A stretch of DNA of 64,000 bases from Burkholderiales bacterium (GCA_016200895.1 JACQDX010000083.1:2400-66399); one strand, 5' to 3'; numbered from the stretch's first letter, positions 21,589 to 32,090 are shown. A program made the numbers and translations. The notes: a model not told the origin generated them from the letters alone.

Positions 21589-23775
21589 ATGCGAATTCGT
21601 ATCGCGTCTTTTTTGTTGGCGATCAGTCCTGTTCTTGCTAGCAGTTCTGTACAAGCGCAGGATGGCATGCTCAGTCTTGAAATGATTTATCATCCGACAA
21701 AAAAAGAGAAATTTGATGTCAAACCCCTGACTCGCCTGGCTTGGGATGCACAAAACCGGCTCATAGAGACCCAGAATACGGCTGGAGTGGTGCAGCAGTT
21801 TGTAGTTACTCCAGCGACCTGGGAAAAGCAGGCCCTGCTGGCCGATGGCAATATCCTGGCCATGATGACAGCTGCGGGCATACCTGAAAAAGAAGCTAAG
21901 GTCCAGATAGATAAGCTGACACCGCAAATCAAGCCTGACTTGAAGTCTTATCTGTTCACTTATAAAAATGATTTGTGGTTGCTGGATCTGCAATTGAACA
22001 AGGTCAGGGAACTGACACATACGCCAGATCTGCTTGAGGATGAAGCAATCTTGTCGCCCGATTTGCAATCGGTCGCCTATCTGAAGGGGAATGATATTTA
22101 CCTCACAGATATCGCCACTGCCACAGAAAAACGCCTGACTATAGGCGGCAATGAAACCACGTTCAATGGCCGCCACGATTGGGTGTACATGGAAGAGATT
22201 TATGGCCGTGGCAAATTGCGTGCATTCTGGTGGGCACCGGATTCCAAAAAAATCGCTTACCTGAGTTTTGATGAAAGCAAGGTACCTGTCTACACTCTCA
22301 GTGGTGACCACGTGCAGCCTATCAAGAGCGAACGTACACGCTACCCCAAGGCTGGTGACCCTAATCCTGAGGTCAAGCTGGGAGTTGTCGATATGACGGG
22401 CAAAACCAGCTGGACTGAAGACCCTTACGCGGGCAGGGAAACCCTGATCGTACAGGTAGGCTGGACGCCGGATGGCAAGTTGCTGGCATCCTGGCAAGAC
22501 CGAGTACAAACCTGGCTGGACTTGCGCTTGTATGATACCCAATATCACAGCAAGCAATTGCTACGTGAGAGCAGCCCGGCCTGGGTGGAGCGCCTACCGT
22601 TGCCACAGTTCTTGAAAGATGGCAGCTTTGTCTGGGAATCTGATCGCACTGGCCACCATCATCTGTATCGCTATGACCAGCAATACCAGTTCAGAGGAGC
22701 GATCACCAAAGGCGACTGGGATATCCGCAGCGTCTATGGCGTGGATGAAGCAAAAGGCAAAGTTTTTTTTGCGGCCAATGAACGCAACCCCATAGGCAAT
22801 GATGTGTATGCAGTCAATCTGGATGGCAGCAAGCTGCAAAGACTGACGACAGACTCAGGCACCCACTATGCACGCTGGAATAGTGCATATACGCATTTCA
22901 TCGATAGCTGGAGCAGTCTCAAGCAAGCACCAAAGCAGGCAGTGTTCAATGCCGAAGGTGCAGCGCTGAAGTTGGTTGATGATGTCGGCGTGCCAGAAAA
23001 AATGCAGAGCCTGAAGCTGGCCAAAGTCACGCAACAGCAAATCAAATCGCGTGATGGCTTCCAGATGGAGAGCCTGCTGTTCCTGCCACCGGATTTTGAT
23101 CCTAAAAAGAAATACCCGGTCTACCAGCATCTGTATTCTGGCCCCATGGCACCGCAGGTGGTTGACCGCTGGAACAACAATCTCTGGCATCATTTCCTGG
23201 CACAGCAAGGTTATGTCGTCTGGATACTGGATAACCGCAGTGCCAGCAACAAGGGCCTGGCCAGCGCCTGGCCCATACACAAAAAACTCGGCCAGCTTGA
23301 ATTACAGGACCAGCTCGACGGACTAGCCTGGTTGCGCATGCAGGGTTGGGCCGACATGGACAGGGTAGCCCTGAATGGCTGGAGTTATGGTGGCTATATG
23401 ACTTCGTATGCAATGACGCATAGCAATGCATGGAAAATAGGTTTCGTCGGTGCGCCAGTCACGGACTACCGTCTGTACGACAGTGTTTATACAGAGCGTT
23501 ATATGGGCTTGCCGCAAGACAATGCAGAAGGCTATGACAAGGGCAGTGTGCTGAAAGCCACCAAGGATTTGAGCGGCAAGATAATGATCATGCATGGCAC
23601 CATGGATGATAATGTCCATCCGCAAAACACGGTGATGTTCATTGATGAACTGATCAAGAATGGCAAGGACTATAGCCTGCAATTGTATCCGGGCGCTGGT
23701 CATGGCCCGCGTGGGGACTGGACCATGTGGTCACTGCAAAAAGCCAAATGGGAGTTTTTGAAAAACAATCTTTGA
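21589..23775 (+). CDS. secreted dipeptidyl-peptidase IV / prolyl oligopeptidase family S9B peptidase
   Basis: Signal peptide MRIRIASFLLAISPVLASSSVQA, DPP-IV N-terminal propeller-like region, nucleophile motif GWSYGG, and C-terminal …HGTMDDNVH… and …GAGHG… motifs. I prefer the ATG at 21589. Confidence 0.88.
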   Translation: MRIRIASFLLAISPVLASSSVQAQDGMLSLEMIYHPTKKEKFDVKPLTRLAWDAQNRLIETQNTAGVVQQFVVTPATWEKQALLADGNILAMMTAAGIPEKEAKVQIDKLTPQIKPDLKSYLFTYKNDLWLLDLQLNKVRELTHTPDLLEDEAILSPDLQSVAYLKGNDIYLTDIATATEKRLTIGGNETTFNGRHDWVYMEEIYGRGKLRAFWWAPDSKKIAYLSFDESKVPVYTLSGDHVQPIKSERTRYPKAGDPNPEVKLGVVDMTGKTSWTEDPYAGRETLIVQVGWTPDGKLLASWQDRVQTWLDLRLYDTQYHSKQLLRESSPAWVERLPLPQFLKDGSFVWESDRTGHHHLYRYDQQYQFRGAITKGDWDIRSVYGVDEAKGKVFFAANERNPIGNDVYAVNLDGSKLQRLTTDSGTHYARWNSAYTHFIDSWSSLKQAPKQAVFNAEGAALKLVDDVGVPEKMQSLKLAKVTQQQIKSRDGFQMESLLFLPPDFDPKKKYPVYQHLYSGPMAPQVVDRWNNNLWHHFLAQQGYVVWILDNRSASNKGLASAWPIHKKLGQLELQDQLDGLAWLRMQGWADMDRVALNGWSYGGYMTSYAMTHSNAWKIGFVGAPVTDYRLYDSVYTERYMGLPQDNAEGYDKGSVLKATKDLSGKIMIMHGTMDDNVHPQNTVMFIDELIKNGKDYSLQLYPGAGHGPRGDWTMWSLQKAKWEFLKNNL

Positions 23776-23805
23776 TTTTTTTGCTTATTTGAAATGGGAC
23801 AATGA

Positions 23806-23840
23806 AAGCGGTGCAGAAAAATCTGCACCGCTTTTTTTTA
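23806..23840. terminator. hairpin terminator between convergent genes
   Basis: agcggtgcaga-aaaa-tctgcaccgct followed by tttttttt, which abuts the stop of the GST gene. Confidence 0.6.
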
Positions 23841-24500
23841 TTGCATCAAAGCTGATAGAGCAGAGTGGCGCGCGCGCAAGAAAGCGCTTAATAAAGCAGG
23901 GTAATCTTCACTGACCGCAGTCTGCACAGAAGCCTGTGCTTGCAAGGCTTGTCGCCATGCCTGGATTTTGGGTAGGCCAGTAAAAAATCCAAAATCTGCT
24001 ATCTGTTCAAACACATCAAAATAGCGGAAAACTGGTGCAAATGCGGCATCCACCAAGCTGAAATTTTTACCTGAAAAATAAGGCCCGTCGATTAGCTGCT
24101 TTTCCAGTTGCGTAAACTTGGTTTTCAATTCAGCGGCTTTGGCATTCAATATCAGCTCATCTGCGGCATTGTAAAAGCCGCCTATGCTATTCAGGGTTGC
24201 CGAGGCAAATTCTATCCAGGCGCGGTGTTGCGCTCTTTCCAGTGCTGCTTCCGGATGCAGGTGCGATGATGTGGTTTCATCCAGGTATTCGCAAATCACA
24301 GCCGATTCGAAGATGGCTTGTCCATCCACCAGCAGCACTGGTGTCTTGGCCAGTGGCGACACTTGCAGGAACCAGTCAGGCTTGTTCGCCAGGTCTATGT
24401 CCACGCGCTCGAAACCAAGACCTTTCTCGGTAAGAGTAATAGCTGCACGTTGCACATATGGGCAAAGCTTGTGGCTGATCAGGATGTATTTGTTGTTCAT
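23838..24500 (-). CDS. glutathione S-transferase family protein
   Basis: Thioredoxin-like N-terminal domain (…KLCPYVQRA.I.L.EKG…, …TPVL…ESAVI.EYL) and a helical C-terminal domain. Confidence 0.85.
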   Translation of the reverse strand: MNNKYILISHKLCPYVQRAAITLTEKGLGFERVDIDLANKPDWFLQVSPLAKTPVLLVDGQAIFESAVICEYLDETTSSHLHPEAALERAQHRAWIEFASATLNSIGGFYNAADELILNAKAAELKTKFTQLEKQLIDGPYFSGKNFSLVDAAFAPVFRYFDVFEQIADFGFFTGLPKIQAWRQALQAQASVQTAVSEDYPALLSAFLRARHSALSALMQ

Positions 24501-24512
24501 GTCTTTCCTCCC

Positions 24513-24941
24513 TTATGCCAAAGCAAAGCGGGAACTGCGGCGCAAGGCAAAGGCGCCATCGCCTAGCAACCAGACGGCGATGGAAGTCATGATCAGAAAC
24601 ACCGGATATTCCCAGCCGCCGTTAGGACTGGTATGCACCCAGCCATTGCCAACGTGCACAGTTGCAGCCACCGCCATGATGGGTACCAGTGCCAGTGCCA
24701 CCTGGCGGCTATAGATACCGAGCACCAACGCTATACCACCGAGTAATTCCAGCGCAAAGACGGGATAAGCGAGAAAGCCTGGATACCCTATGCTGGTAAA
24801 AAACTGCGCCGTGCCGGGCAGGGTAAACACCAACAGCTTCAGCAAGGCATGAGCTATCCACATGGTGCCCAGGCTGATGCGTAACAGGGTGATGCCGTAG
24901 GCATTGCTGCTTTGGTATGTAGAAGAGTTTGAGTGATTCAT
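24513..24941 (-). CDS. DoxX family membrane protein
   Basis: …LLRISLG.MWIAHALLKL… four-TM DoxX pattern. I prefer the ATG at 24941, which has a GGAGA Shine-Dalgarno; the longer ORF-track start would run into the LysR gene. Confidence 0.8.
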   Translation of the reverse strand: MNHSNSSTYQSSNAYGITLLRISLGTMWIAHALLKLLVFTLPGTAQFFTSIGYPGFLAYPVFALELLGGIALVLGIYSRQVALALVPIMAVAATVHVGNGWVHTSPNGGWEYPVFLIMTSIAVWLLGDGAFALRRSSRFALA

Positions 24942-25018
24942 TTTATTCTCCAAAAGATGAGTGATGGAGCTACTATATGATTTCGTATTTGCAATGAAAA
25001 TAGGCAATGGAGCAAACT

Positions 25019-25903
25019 ATGAATGCAAAAACGCAATATAGACTAAGTGCTGTTGATCTTGAAGTGGTGCTGGCTCTGGCTCGTACTGGCAAGCTGGCTG
25101 AGGCGGGTGAACGCCTGTCACTGGATGCATCCACCGTATTCCGCAGTATACAAAAACTGGAAAAAGGTCTGGGGCAACGTCTGTTTGAGCGTTCACGCAC
25201 AGGTTATCAAGCCAATGAGCTGGCGCAGGCACTGGCAGTACATGCAGAACAGATGGAGGTACAGCTAGAAGCTGCCCGTTCAGCCATGCAAATGCAGCCA
25301 GACCAAGTGGCGGGTTCAGTGCGCATCACGACCACAGACACGATACTGCATGGCTTGCTGGCTCCAGTGTTGAGACCCTTGCAATTGCTACATCCCTTAC
25401 TATGCCTGGACCTGCATGCAGGCAATGAACTGGCCAGCCTGACCAGACGCGATGCAGACATTGCCATCCGTGCCAGCAAGCGGCCACCGCAGCATTTGAT
25501 AGGCAAGCACCTGGGGCCGATACGGGTGGCTTTGTATGTAGGCAAGAGCAGCAAGATCAGGCACTTTGATGCTGACGTCGCCCAGCGTCATCAGTGGGTA
25601 GCACCTGACGATGCCTTGCCAGAACATCCTTCTGTGGTATGGCGCAAGAAGCATTTCCCCAAGCTGCAAGCAACTTACAAGGTCAATAGCATACTTACAG
25701 TGGCAGAGCTGGTGGGGCAGGGTTTGGGACTGGGTATCTTGCCGCTATTCCTCGCCCGGGGCCGCAAGGATTTGCTGCAACTGACCGATGTGCTGGACGA
25801 ATGTCAGACCGAGCTATGGCTGCTCACGCATACAGAGGCCAGGCATTTGCGCAGAGTCTCTGCGGTGTATTCCTATCTGTCGCAAGAGATGGTATTGAAT
25901 TAA
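25019..25903 (+). CDS. LysR-family transcriptional regulator
   Basis: N-terminal wHTH (…LEVVLALARTGKLAEAGERLSLDASTVFRSIQKLEK.LG.RLFER…) and a LysR substrate-binding domain. It is divergent from DoxX/GST. Confidence 0.88.
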   Translation: MNAKTQYRLSAVDLEVVLALARTGKLAEAGERLSLDASTVFRSIQKLEKGLGQRLFERSRTGYQANELAQALAVHAEQMEVQLEAARSAMQMQPDQVAGSVRITTTDTILHGLLAPVLRPLQLLHPLLCLDLHAGNELASLTRRDADIAIRASKRPPQHLIGKHLGPIRVALYVGKSSKIRHFDADVAQRHQWVAPDDALPEHPSVVWRKKHFPKLQATYKVNSILTVAELVGQGLGLGILPLFLARGRKDLLQLTDVLDECQTELWLLTHTEARHLRRVSAVYSYLSQEMVLN

Positions 25904-25904
25904 A

Positions 25905-25945
25905 AAAAGCCGCTGTGAGTTCTATGACTCACAGCGGCTTTCTAT
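25905..25945. terminator. bidirectional hairpin terminator
   Basis: gccgctgtgag-N8-ctcacagcggc, flanked by an A-run and a T-rich tract, between convergent genes. Confidence 0.6.
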
Positions 25946-25958
25946 CGGCAAGACAATA

Positions 25959-28046
25959 TCAGGAAGGGATATTGAAATCCGCCAGTTTCTTGCTGAACTT
26001 GAACAACCAGATACGGTTAGGGCGCTCAGTATCCGCACCACGGGCTACGCGCATGGTATTGCCTGCGGTACAGCCCAGAGCACCTGCCGTGGTCGTCATC
26101 GCACCATTGGCGTCCACCGTGCACTTGGTAACGTCTGCGCCGACTACAACTGCGCCGCTAGGATCAAGGATCACGGTCTTCATGCCAAAGTCATCATCAT
26201 TCGTCAGCGCCAGGGTGTTTTCATCGACCAGTGCCAGGCCTTCCGCTTTTTCTGCCAGCCAGCCTGCACTGTTCAGATCAAACAATTGAGTCTTCTTGAG
26301 CAAGACCACATCGGCATAATTGACACCATTGACTGCTGCACCTGTCATGCTGCTCTTTTCCAGGTCTGTGCCCATGCTGGCAATATCAGTTGCATTGCTT
26401 GGCACCTGTACCAGCATCAGTTTGTTGAAAGCCTTGCCGTCCGGGCCTGTGCCTTGTTCTATGACGATGAACTTGCCATTACCCAGCGATACCATGTCGC
26501 CCAGTTTGGCGTTGCCGGTTTTGCCTGCGGAATATTGCGTGCTGTCGATGGGGTAGGCATACAATTTAGTTTTTTCTGTCGTTGGATCAAACTCTACCCA
26601 GCGGTTGAACCTGGCATAATCCTTGATACTTTCGCTGGTGGCCGCCGTCGCACCGGGCAAGATGTAATTGGCCTTACCATCATCCAGTGGGCTTTGGACA
26701 AAACCATTCAATTTGCCGGTAGCGACTTCCAGTGACAGACCTTCCATACCGCGATTGGCGCGACGTTTCAGCAAGACAGCTGGCAGGTCGCCAGCACCTG
26801 TGCCTGGCTGGTATTTTTTCAGGATGATGCCGGTGGCAACATCGATCTTCAAAATGAACGGGCCGTATTCATCCGACACCCAGACCACGCCGCGTGCCGC
26901 ATCATAGACGATGGATTCAGTATCCAGGCCATAGTCGCTGAAGCTAGTCTTGCTGCTGGCATCAAATTTGGCTGCATCATTCAAAGGCACTTCGGCAGAA
27001 GAACCCACTTTGCCAGCCGCGATAGACAGGCCGGATGCATTGATGCTGCTGCTGAACTTGATTGGCGTGCTGGATTTCAGGATAGCGCCATCCTTGCCTA
27101 TGCTGATCAAGCCAAATGAAGGCGTGAAGCTGGGGGATGGAAAAAACTTGGCATCGCTGGTGCCAGTAGCACTGGTAGTTACGACAGAGTTAGGCACTTT
27201 AGGGCCATCGCCATTTGGGCCGCGATCGGTAATTCCATAAAATTCCAGTGAGCCATCAGCGGCCTTGCCCTTGAAGGTCAGGCCAGAACCGTAGGATGGC
27301 AAAAAGCCTTTGGGGAAATCTGCCTTGACTGCGGCATTCGTACCCTCATACGGCACAAAGAAATTATCCGCAGCCTGCACCTGATAACGTGTGACGCTGG
27401 CGCTGACCGCGCCTAGGGCATTGGTTTGCGTGACAGTATCAACGACAGGTGTGCCCAGCTTGGATGCCATGGTATCTTCAAAATGCTCGCGCACGAGGGT
27501 GCGACGGTCTGCATCCACGGTGAGCTTTTGGTAATTCGCCGGCAGTTTTGCCAGAGTTGCAGTCAGTGCCGTATTGAAGTTGGCAGCAGTGGCTGTGAAA
27601 TCCAGCGTCTGACCAGCGAGCGCAGTCTTTACTGCAGCAGGAATTTTGATGCCGGTAGCAACATCATTATCTTCATCCAGCAATTGCAGGAATAGCAGGC
27701 GGTTAACCACGCTGTCATCCTTGACGTTGCTGGAATTGGCCAGCGTCAATGGCGTTGCAGTTGCCGCGCAAGGCGCATTACCCAGGGCGATGCCGCCGAC
27801 TGAAAACGCAACTGTGTCGCCAGCGTTGCAGCTAAAACCACCGGCAGCAGATGTACTGAGCTTGCTGCCGCCTGCGATGGAATAATCCAGACCTTCGACT
27901 GCGGCGTCCAGGAATACACCATTCACAGGAGTAGGCGTGGCTGGGGTGGTGACCGTATTGTTATTGCTGCCACCGCAGGCAGTAAGCAACATGGCTGCAG
28001 CCAGGCAACTGATGACTAGCATCAGGTTTTTGCTACTTTGCTTCAT
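25959..28046 (-). CDS. lipoprotein with a phytase-like esterase domain (PF13449-type)
   Basis: Lipobox LLTAC after the MKQSSKNLMLVIS… start. C-terminal-half motifs …VWVSDEYGPFILKID…, …NRGMEGLSLE… and …TNDDDFG… recall the esterase-like activity of phytase family. I prefer the ATG at 28046. Confidence 0.7.
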   Translation of the reverse strand: MKQSSKNLMLVISCLAAAMLLTACGGSNNNTVTTPATPTPVNGVFLDAAVEGLDYSIAGGSKLSTSAAGGFSCNAGDTVAFSVGGIALGNAPCAATATPLTLANSSNVKDDSVVNRLLFLQLLDEDNDVATGIKIPAAVKTALAGQTLDFTATAANFNTALTATLAKLPANYQKLTVDADRRTLVREHFEDTMASKLGTPVVDTVTQTNALGAVSASVTRYQVQAADNFFVPYEGTNAAVKADFPKGFLPSYGSGLTFKGKAADGSLEFYGITDRGPNGDGPKVPNSVVTTSATGTSDAKFFPSPSFTPSFGLISIGKDGAILKSSTPIKFSSSINASGLSIAAGKVGSSAEVPLNDAAKFDASSKTSFSDYGLDTESIVYDAARGVVWVSDEYGPFILKIDVATGIILKKYQPGTGAGDLPAVLLKRRANRGMEGLSLEVATGKLNGFVQSPLDDGKANYILPGATAATSESIKDYARFNRWVEFDPTTEKTKLYAYPIDSTQYSAGKTGNAKLGDMVSLGNGKFIVIEQGTGPDGKAFNKLMLVQVPSNATDIASMGTDLEKSSMTGAAVNGVNYADVVLLKKTQLFDLNSAGWLAEKAEGLALVDENTLALTNDDDFGMKTVILDPSGAVVVGADVTKCTVDANGAMTTTAGALGCTAGNTMRVARGADTERPNRIWLFKFSKKLADFNIPS

Positions 28047-28208
28047 TTGATATGACCTCGTGAGTAGGTAAAATTGCGTGAAAATTCTTGCCCGCGAATT
28101 TACTACTGGCATGTGACGCAGCAATGACACCATCGACAGTATTGTCGTAATGCGAGGGTCACAATTGGCTTTTATAGTGTGCTCACCAAAACCCCAGGAG
28201 TGCATGTC

Positions 28209-29054
28209 ATGATGAAATCTACGATACGTCGCGCAATATCCAGTCTGGCTTTGACATTGCTGCTGCCGCTAGGCCAGGCAGTTGCCGCCAGCAATATGGT
28301 GCCTGACTATGAAGTGAAATTGCTGATGAACCCGAATGTGGTTCTGGATGCCGATCACAAACTCAAGAGCACGGTACTCAATACCTTCAACATGCCAACA
28401 TCTGTGACCAAGATGAATGTCTTGTTCATGGATACCAATGCCAAAGATATCTACAGCAATACCTGGATAGCGCGGATACGCAAGACAGAAGGTGAAAGTG
28501 ATTTTGAGCTGACCTACAAGAAGCGCTATGCCATAGACAATGGCAATATCACTGAAGCCCTGTATAAAGCCAATACAGAGGGTTTCGATTCTACAGAAAA
28601 GAATTACGAAGCCCAGGTTGAATGGGGTTACCAAAAGAAAACCCTAAGCATTTCCAACAGCAAGACAGACAGCAAATCCGGTTACAGCGGTATGGACTTG
28701 CCATCGGCCAGTGACTCTCGCAGCCTGCTCAAAAAGAATATTCCCGGCAAGCTGAACAACTGGCTGTATAGCGGCTGGGGCGCGTCCATGCTGGATAGCT
28801 CGCGCAAGTATGGCCCCATATTGGCCAAGCGCTCAGTCGGCACCTGGAGCGGCCTCAAGCTGTACATAGAAGTCTGGCCTATACTGAGCCAGGCTGGTAC
28901 AGGTACTGACTATATTGTTGAAGCCTCTTTCAAGACTACGAGTGAAACAACAGCATCTGCCAAGCATGATGAACTGCAGGCTTATCTGATTTCGCGTGGA
29001 TGGTTTGTGGCAGAAGATTCGCTGAAGACCCAGCTCATCATGGATCGCTATTAA
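28209..29054 (+). CDS. secreted protein of unknown function, possible CYTH-like (triphosphate tunnel) fold
   Basis: Signal peptide …LLLPLGQAVAA. DYEVK resembles the CYTH ExExK signature. Alternating charged strands follow: ARIRK, ELTYKKR, EAQVEW, YIEVW, IVEASF. Confidence 0.55.
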   Translation: MMKSTIRRAISSLALTLLLPLGQAVAASNMVPDYEVKLLMNPNVVLDADHKLKSTVLNTFNMPTSVTKMNVLFMDTNAKDIYSNTWIARIRKTEGESDFELTYKKRYAIDNGNITEALYKANTEGFDSTEKNYEAQVEWGYQKKTLSISNSKTDSKSGYSGMDLPSASDSRSLLKKNIPGKLNNWLYSGWGASMLDSSRKYGPILAKRSVGTWSGLKLYIEVWPILSQAGTGTDYIVEASFKTTSETTASAKHDELQAYLISRGWFVAEDSLKTQLIMDRY

Positions 29055-29641
29055 GAGTCCCTAATGCCTTGCCAGCGTGGCGTTAATGCATGTGGCAAGG
29101 CAAACATGTCGAGTACGCGACCAAGGGTATGATCGACCATCTCCTCTATGCTTTGCGGACGATGGTAAAAACCGGGCAAGGGCGGGAAGATGATGCCACC
29201 CATTTCAGTGACTGCTGTCATATTGCGCAAGTGCGCCAGGTTGAAAGGTGTTTCGCGTACCATCAGGACCAGGCGGCGGCGTTCTTTCAAGACTACATCG
29301 GCAGCACGGGTGATGAGGTTGTCGGACAAACCATGCGCCACGGCAGCCAGGGTCTTCATAGAGCAGGGTGCGATGATCATGCCATCTGATAAAAACGAAC
29401 CGCTGGCGATGCTGGCTCCGACATCACGCACATTATGGACAACATCGGCCAGGGCTTCGACATCCTTGCGCTTCAAGTCCATTTCCTGATGCAGATTCAG
29501 CACACCTGCTTCTGAAATCAGCAAATGGCTTTCTACACCAGAAATATTACGCAAGATTTGCAGCAGCCGCACACCATAGATGGCACCCGTTGCACCGGTA
29601 ATGGCAACAATCAGGCGCTTGGGGGCGGCAACTACAGTCAT
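29051..29641 (-). CDS. ubiX: flavin prenyltransferase UbiX
   Basis: …RLIVAITGATGAIYGVRLL… and …IIAPCSMKTLAAVAHG…DN.L.RAADV.LKERR.LVL… are typical UbiX/Pad1 sequences. Confidence 0.92.
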   Translation of the reverse strand: MTVVAAPKRLIVAITGATGAIYGVRLLQILRNISGVESHLLISEAGVLNLHQEMDLKRKDVEALADVVHNVRDVGASIASGSFLSDGMIIAPCSMKTLAAVAHGLSDNLITRAADVVLKERRRLVLMVRETPFNLAHLRNMTAVTEMGGIIFPPLPGFYHRPQSIEEMVDHTLGRVLDMFALPHALTPRWQGIRDS

Positions 29642-29648
29642 GCCTTGC

Positions 29649-29960
29649 TTAGTCTTTCAGCAATGTCTGCAATTCACCGTTGTCGAACATTTCATTCATG
29701 ATGTCAGAACCGCCAACGAATTCACCTTTGACATACAACTGCGGTACGGTTGGCCAGTTGGAAAAATCCTTGATGCCCTGACGCACTTCCGGGTCTTCCA
29801 GTACATTTATGGTAACCATGTTTTGCACGCCACAAGCTTTCAGCAATTGAATCGCACGGCCAGAAAAGCCGCATTGCGGGAATTGGGCAGTACCCTTCAT
29901 GAATAAAACTACAGGGTTTGCAGTAACAGTTTCTTTAATCCAGCTTTGTACGTCGCTCAT
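29649..29960 (-). CDS. grxD: monothiol glutaredoxin (Grx4 family)
   Basis: CGFS active site (…PQCGFSGRA…) and …WPT.PQLY..GEF.GG.DI… motif. Confidence 0.92.
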   Translation of the reverse strand: MSDVQSWIKETVTANPVVLFMKGTAQFPQCGFSGRAIQLLKACGVQNMVTINVLEDPEVRQGIKDFSNWPTVPQLYVKGEFVGGSDIMNEMFDNGELQTLLKD

Positions 29961-30140
29961 GGCTATCTTCCAGTAATTATTACGATACCGTCATTATAGT
30001 AGAAAGCTCCGTACAGTGTCGTTGTACCTGATCTGACTGCAGGAAAGTTAATGTAAATCAATTTGCAGTTTCCTGCACCATCGGCTATTAGTGTTACATT
30101 AAGTGCTTAACATCCTACCTAGAGCCGAAAAAAAACGGCC

Positions 30141-32090
30141 ATGTTGCTGGAGACCCGTATGCAAATGCGTGACACTGGAATTTCCTCTGGGCAAATGCCG
30201 CTTGCCGGCCTTGGCATAAGTCCTGCTTCATCTGTTCACATGATGATAGAACAGGCACATGAACGCTCCGCCGCCTATGGCTTGCCGCGCACGGCTACGC
30301 CTGACTATGGCCCCTTGGGCAAGACGGATCTCAAGACCTTGCTGGAGCAAAACCGGGTCTTGCACCAGCATGCCTTGCCCGTTATGGAAAACCTGTATGA
30401 GCAAATAATTAATACTCACAATATGGTCATCCTGACCGATGTGAATGGGCTCATCATTCACACTCTGGGGGATGCAGATTTCCTGGAAAAAGCTGACAGG
30501 GTGGCACTCAGCCCCGGCGCCGCCTGGTCTGAACGCAGCAAGGGTACGAATGCCATAGGTACAGCGATTGCCGAAAAAACACCAACGATCGTTCATGCAG
30601 ACCAGCATTATCTCGAAGCCAATAATTTTCTGACTTGCTCAGCTGCGCCTATCTTTGATGTCATGGGCAATGTCATCGGCGTGCTGGATGTCACTGGTGA
30701 CCAGCATAATTTCCACAAGCACACCATGGCCCTGGTGCGCATGTCGGCGCAGATGATAGAAAACCAGTTATTTGCCTCTTCTTTTCAGGATGCCATCAAA
30801 CTCAGTTTTCATAGCCGCCCGGAATTCCTGGGCACCCTGATGGAAGGCATCGCCTGTTTCGACAGTGATGGCCGATTTTTATCGGCCAGCCGCAGCGGTT
30901 TGTTCCAGTTGGGTTTGCCGCTATCCGCTTTACAGACGCATACTTTCAGTTCTTTGTTTGGCTTGCCGGTGTCGGCCCTGCATGAGCATTACCGCACCGC
31001 GACACCGGGTTTGCTGACGCTGTGTCTGCATAATGGCGTGCGCGTGTATGCCAGGAGCCAGAGCCTCAAGCGTCCTTCAGCCGCCGCCAGACATGTACTG
31101 GACAATGCGCGTGAGCCGCAGACGGCAGAAGTCAAACCTAAACTCTCCAGTCTGCATTATCTGGATACTGGGGACGAACAACTTGCCCGCGCCATCGATA
31201 AACTCAAACGTGTCATAGGGCGTGATATCTCGATACTGGTGACGGGTGAGACGGGCACTGGCAAGGAATTGCTGGCCCAGGCCGTACACAATGATTCACC
31301 GCGCAAATCGGGCCCCTTTGTTGCTGTGAATTGCGCGTCGATACCAGAAACACTGATTGAATCAGAATTATTTGGTTATGAAGATGGCGCATTCACCGGT
31401 GCACGCAAGAAGGGCAATATAGGCAAGATCTTGCAGGCCAATGGCGGCACACTATTCCTCGATGAAATCGGTGACATGCCACTCAATCTGCAAGCCCGTT
31501 TGCTGCGGGTATTGCAAGAACGCATGGTGACACCGCTGGGCAGCAGCAAATCCATCCCGGTCAACCTGGCCCTGATCTGCGCCACCAACCGCAACCTTCG
31601 CGACATGATCGCCAAGGGAGAATTCCGCGACGACCTGTATTACCGTTTGAATGGACTGGTAGTACGCCTGCCGCCCTTGCGCGAGCGCTCAGACCTGGAT
31701 GTAGTAATAGAAAAAGTATTGGCGGCAGAAAGCGAAGGCAGGCAATACAAGATAGCGCCTGCAGTCACGCAGTTATTTCATGCTCACGGCTGGCCAGGTA
31801 ACTTCCGTCAACTGACGAATCTATTGCGCACCGCCATCGTCATGACAGATGCCGATATGGAAATCCGTCTCGAACATCTGCCTGAAGATTTTCTGGAAGA
31901 CATGGAAGTAGCACCAGTGTTAAAGACCATGGCTTTAACTCAATCATCATCCAGCCTGGATGCGCTGGAAATGGATGCCATACAACAGGCCCTGCAACAG
32001 TATCAGGGCAATGTCTCTGCTGCCGCCAAGGCACTGGGTGTGTCGCGTAATACGATATACCGCAAGCTGGCGGCTTTGAAAAGTGAATAG
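30141..32090 (+). CDS. sigma-54-dependent transcriptional activator, AcoR-like (GAF sensor, AAA+ domain, Fis-type HTH)
   Basis: Walker A GETGTGKE, sigma-54 contact loop GAFTGA (…YEDGAFTGAR…) and C-terminal HTH …AAKALGVSRNTIYRKL. The N-terminal GAF-like region is as in AcoR. Confidence 0.88.
   Translation: MLLETRMQMRDTGISSGQMPLAGLGISPASSVHMMIEQAHERSAAYGLPRTATPDYGPLGKTDLKTLLEQNRVLHQHALPVMENLYEQIINTHNMVILTDVNGLIIHTLGDADFLEKADRVALSPGAAWSERSKGTNAIGTAIAEKTPTIVHADQHYLEANNFLTCSAAPIFDVMGNVIGVLDVTGDQHNFHKHTMALVRMSAQMIENQLFASSFQDAIKLSFHSRPEFLGTLMEGIACFDSDGRFLSASRSGLFQLGLPLSALQTHTFSSLFGLPVSALHEHYRTATPGLLTLCLHNGVRVYARSQSLKRPSAAARHVLDNAREPQTAEVKPKLSSLHYLDTGDEQLARAIDKLKRVIGRDISILVTGETGTGKELLAQAVHNDSPRKSGPFVAVNCASIPETLIESELFGYEDGAFTGARKKGNIGKILQANGGTLFLDEIGDMPLNLQARLLRVLQERMVTPLGSSKSIPVNLALICATNRNLRDMIAKGEFRDDLYYRLNGLVVRLPPLRERSDLDVVIEKVLAAESEGRQYKIAPAVTQLFHAHGWPGNFRQLTNLLRTAIVMTDADMEIRLEHLPEDFLEDMEVAPVLKTMALTQSSSSLDALEMDAIQQALQQYQGNVSAAAKALGVSRNTIYRKLAALKSE

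Noticed and set aside
21332-29054. Genomic island integrated at tRNA-Thr (accessory-looking genes follow the tRNA).
   Set aside because: I saw no integrase, no transposase, no direct repeat of the tRNA 3' end, and no obvious composition shift. Core genes (ubiX, grxD) resume without a recognisable boundary.
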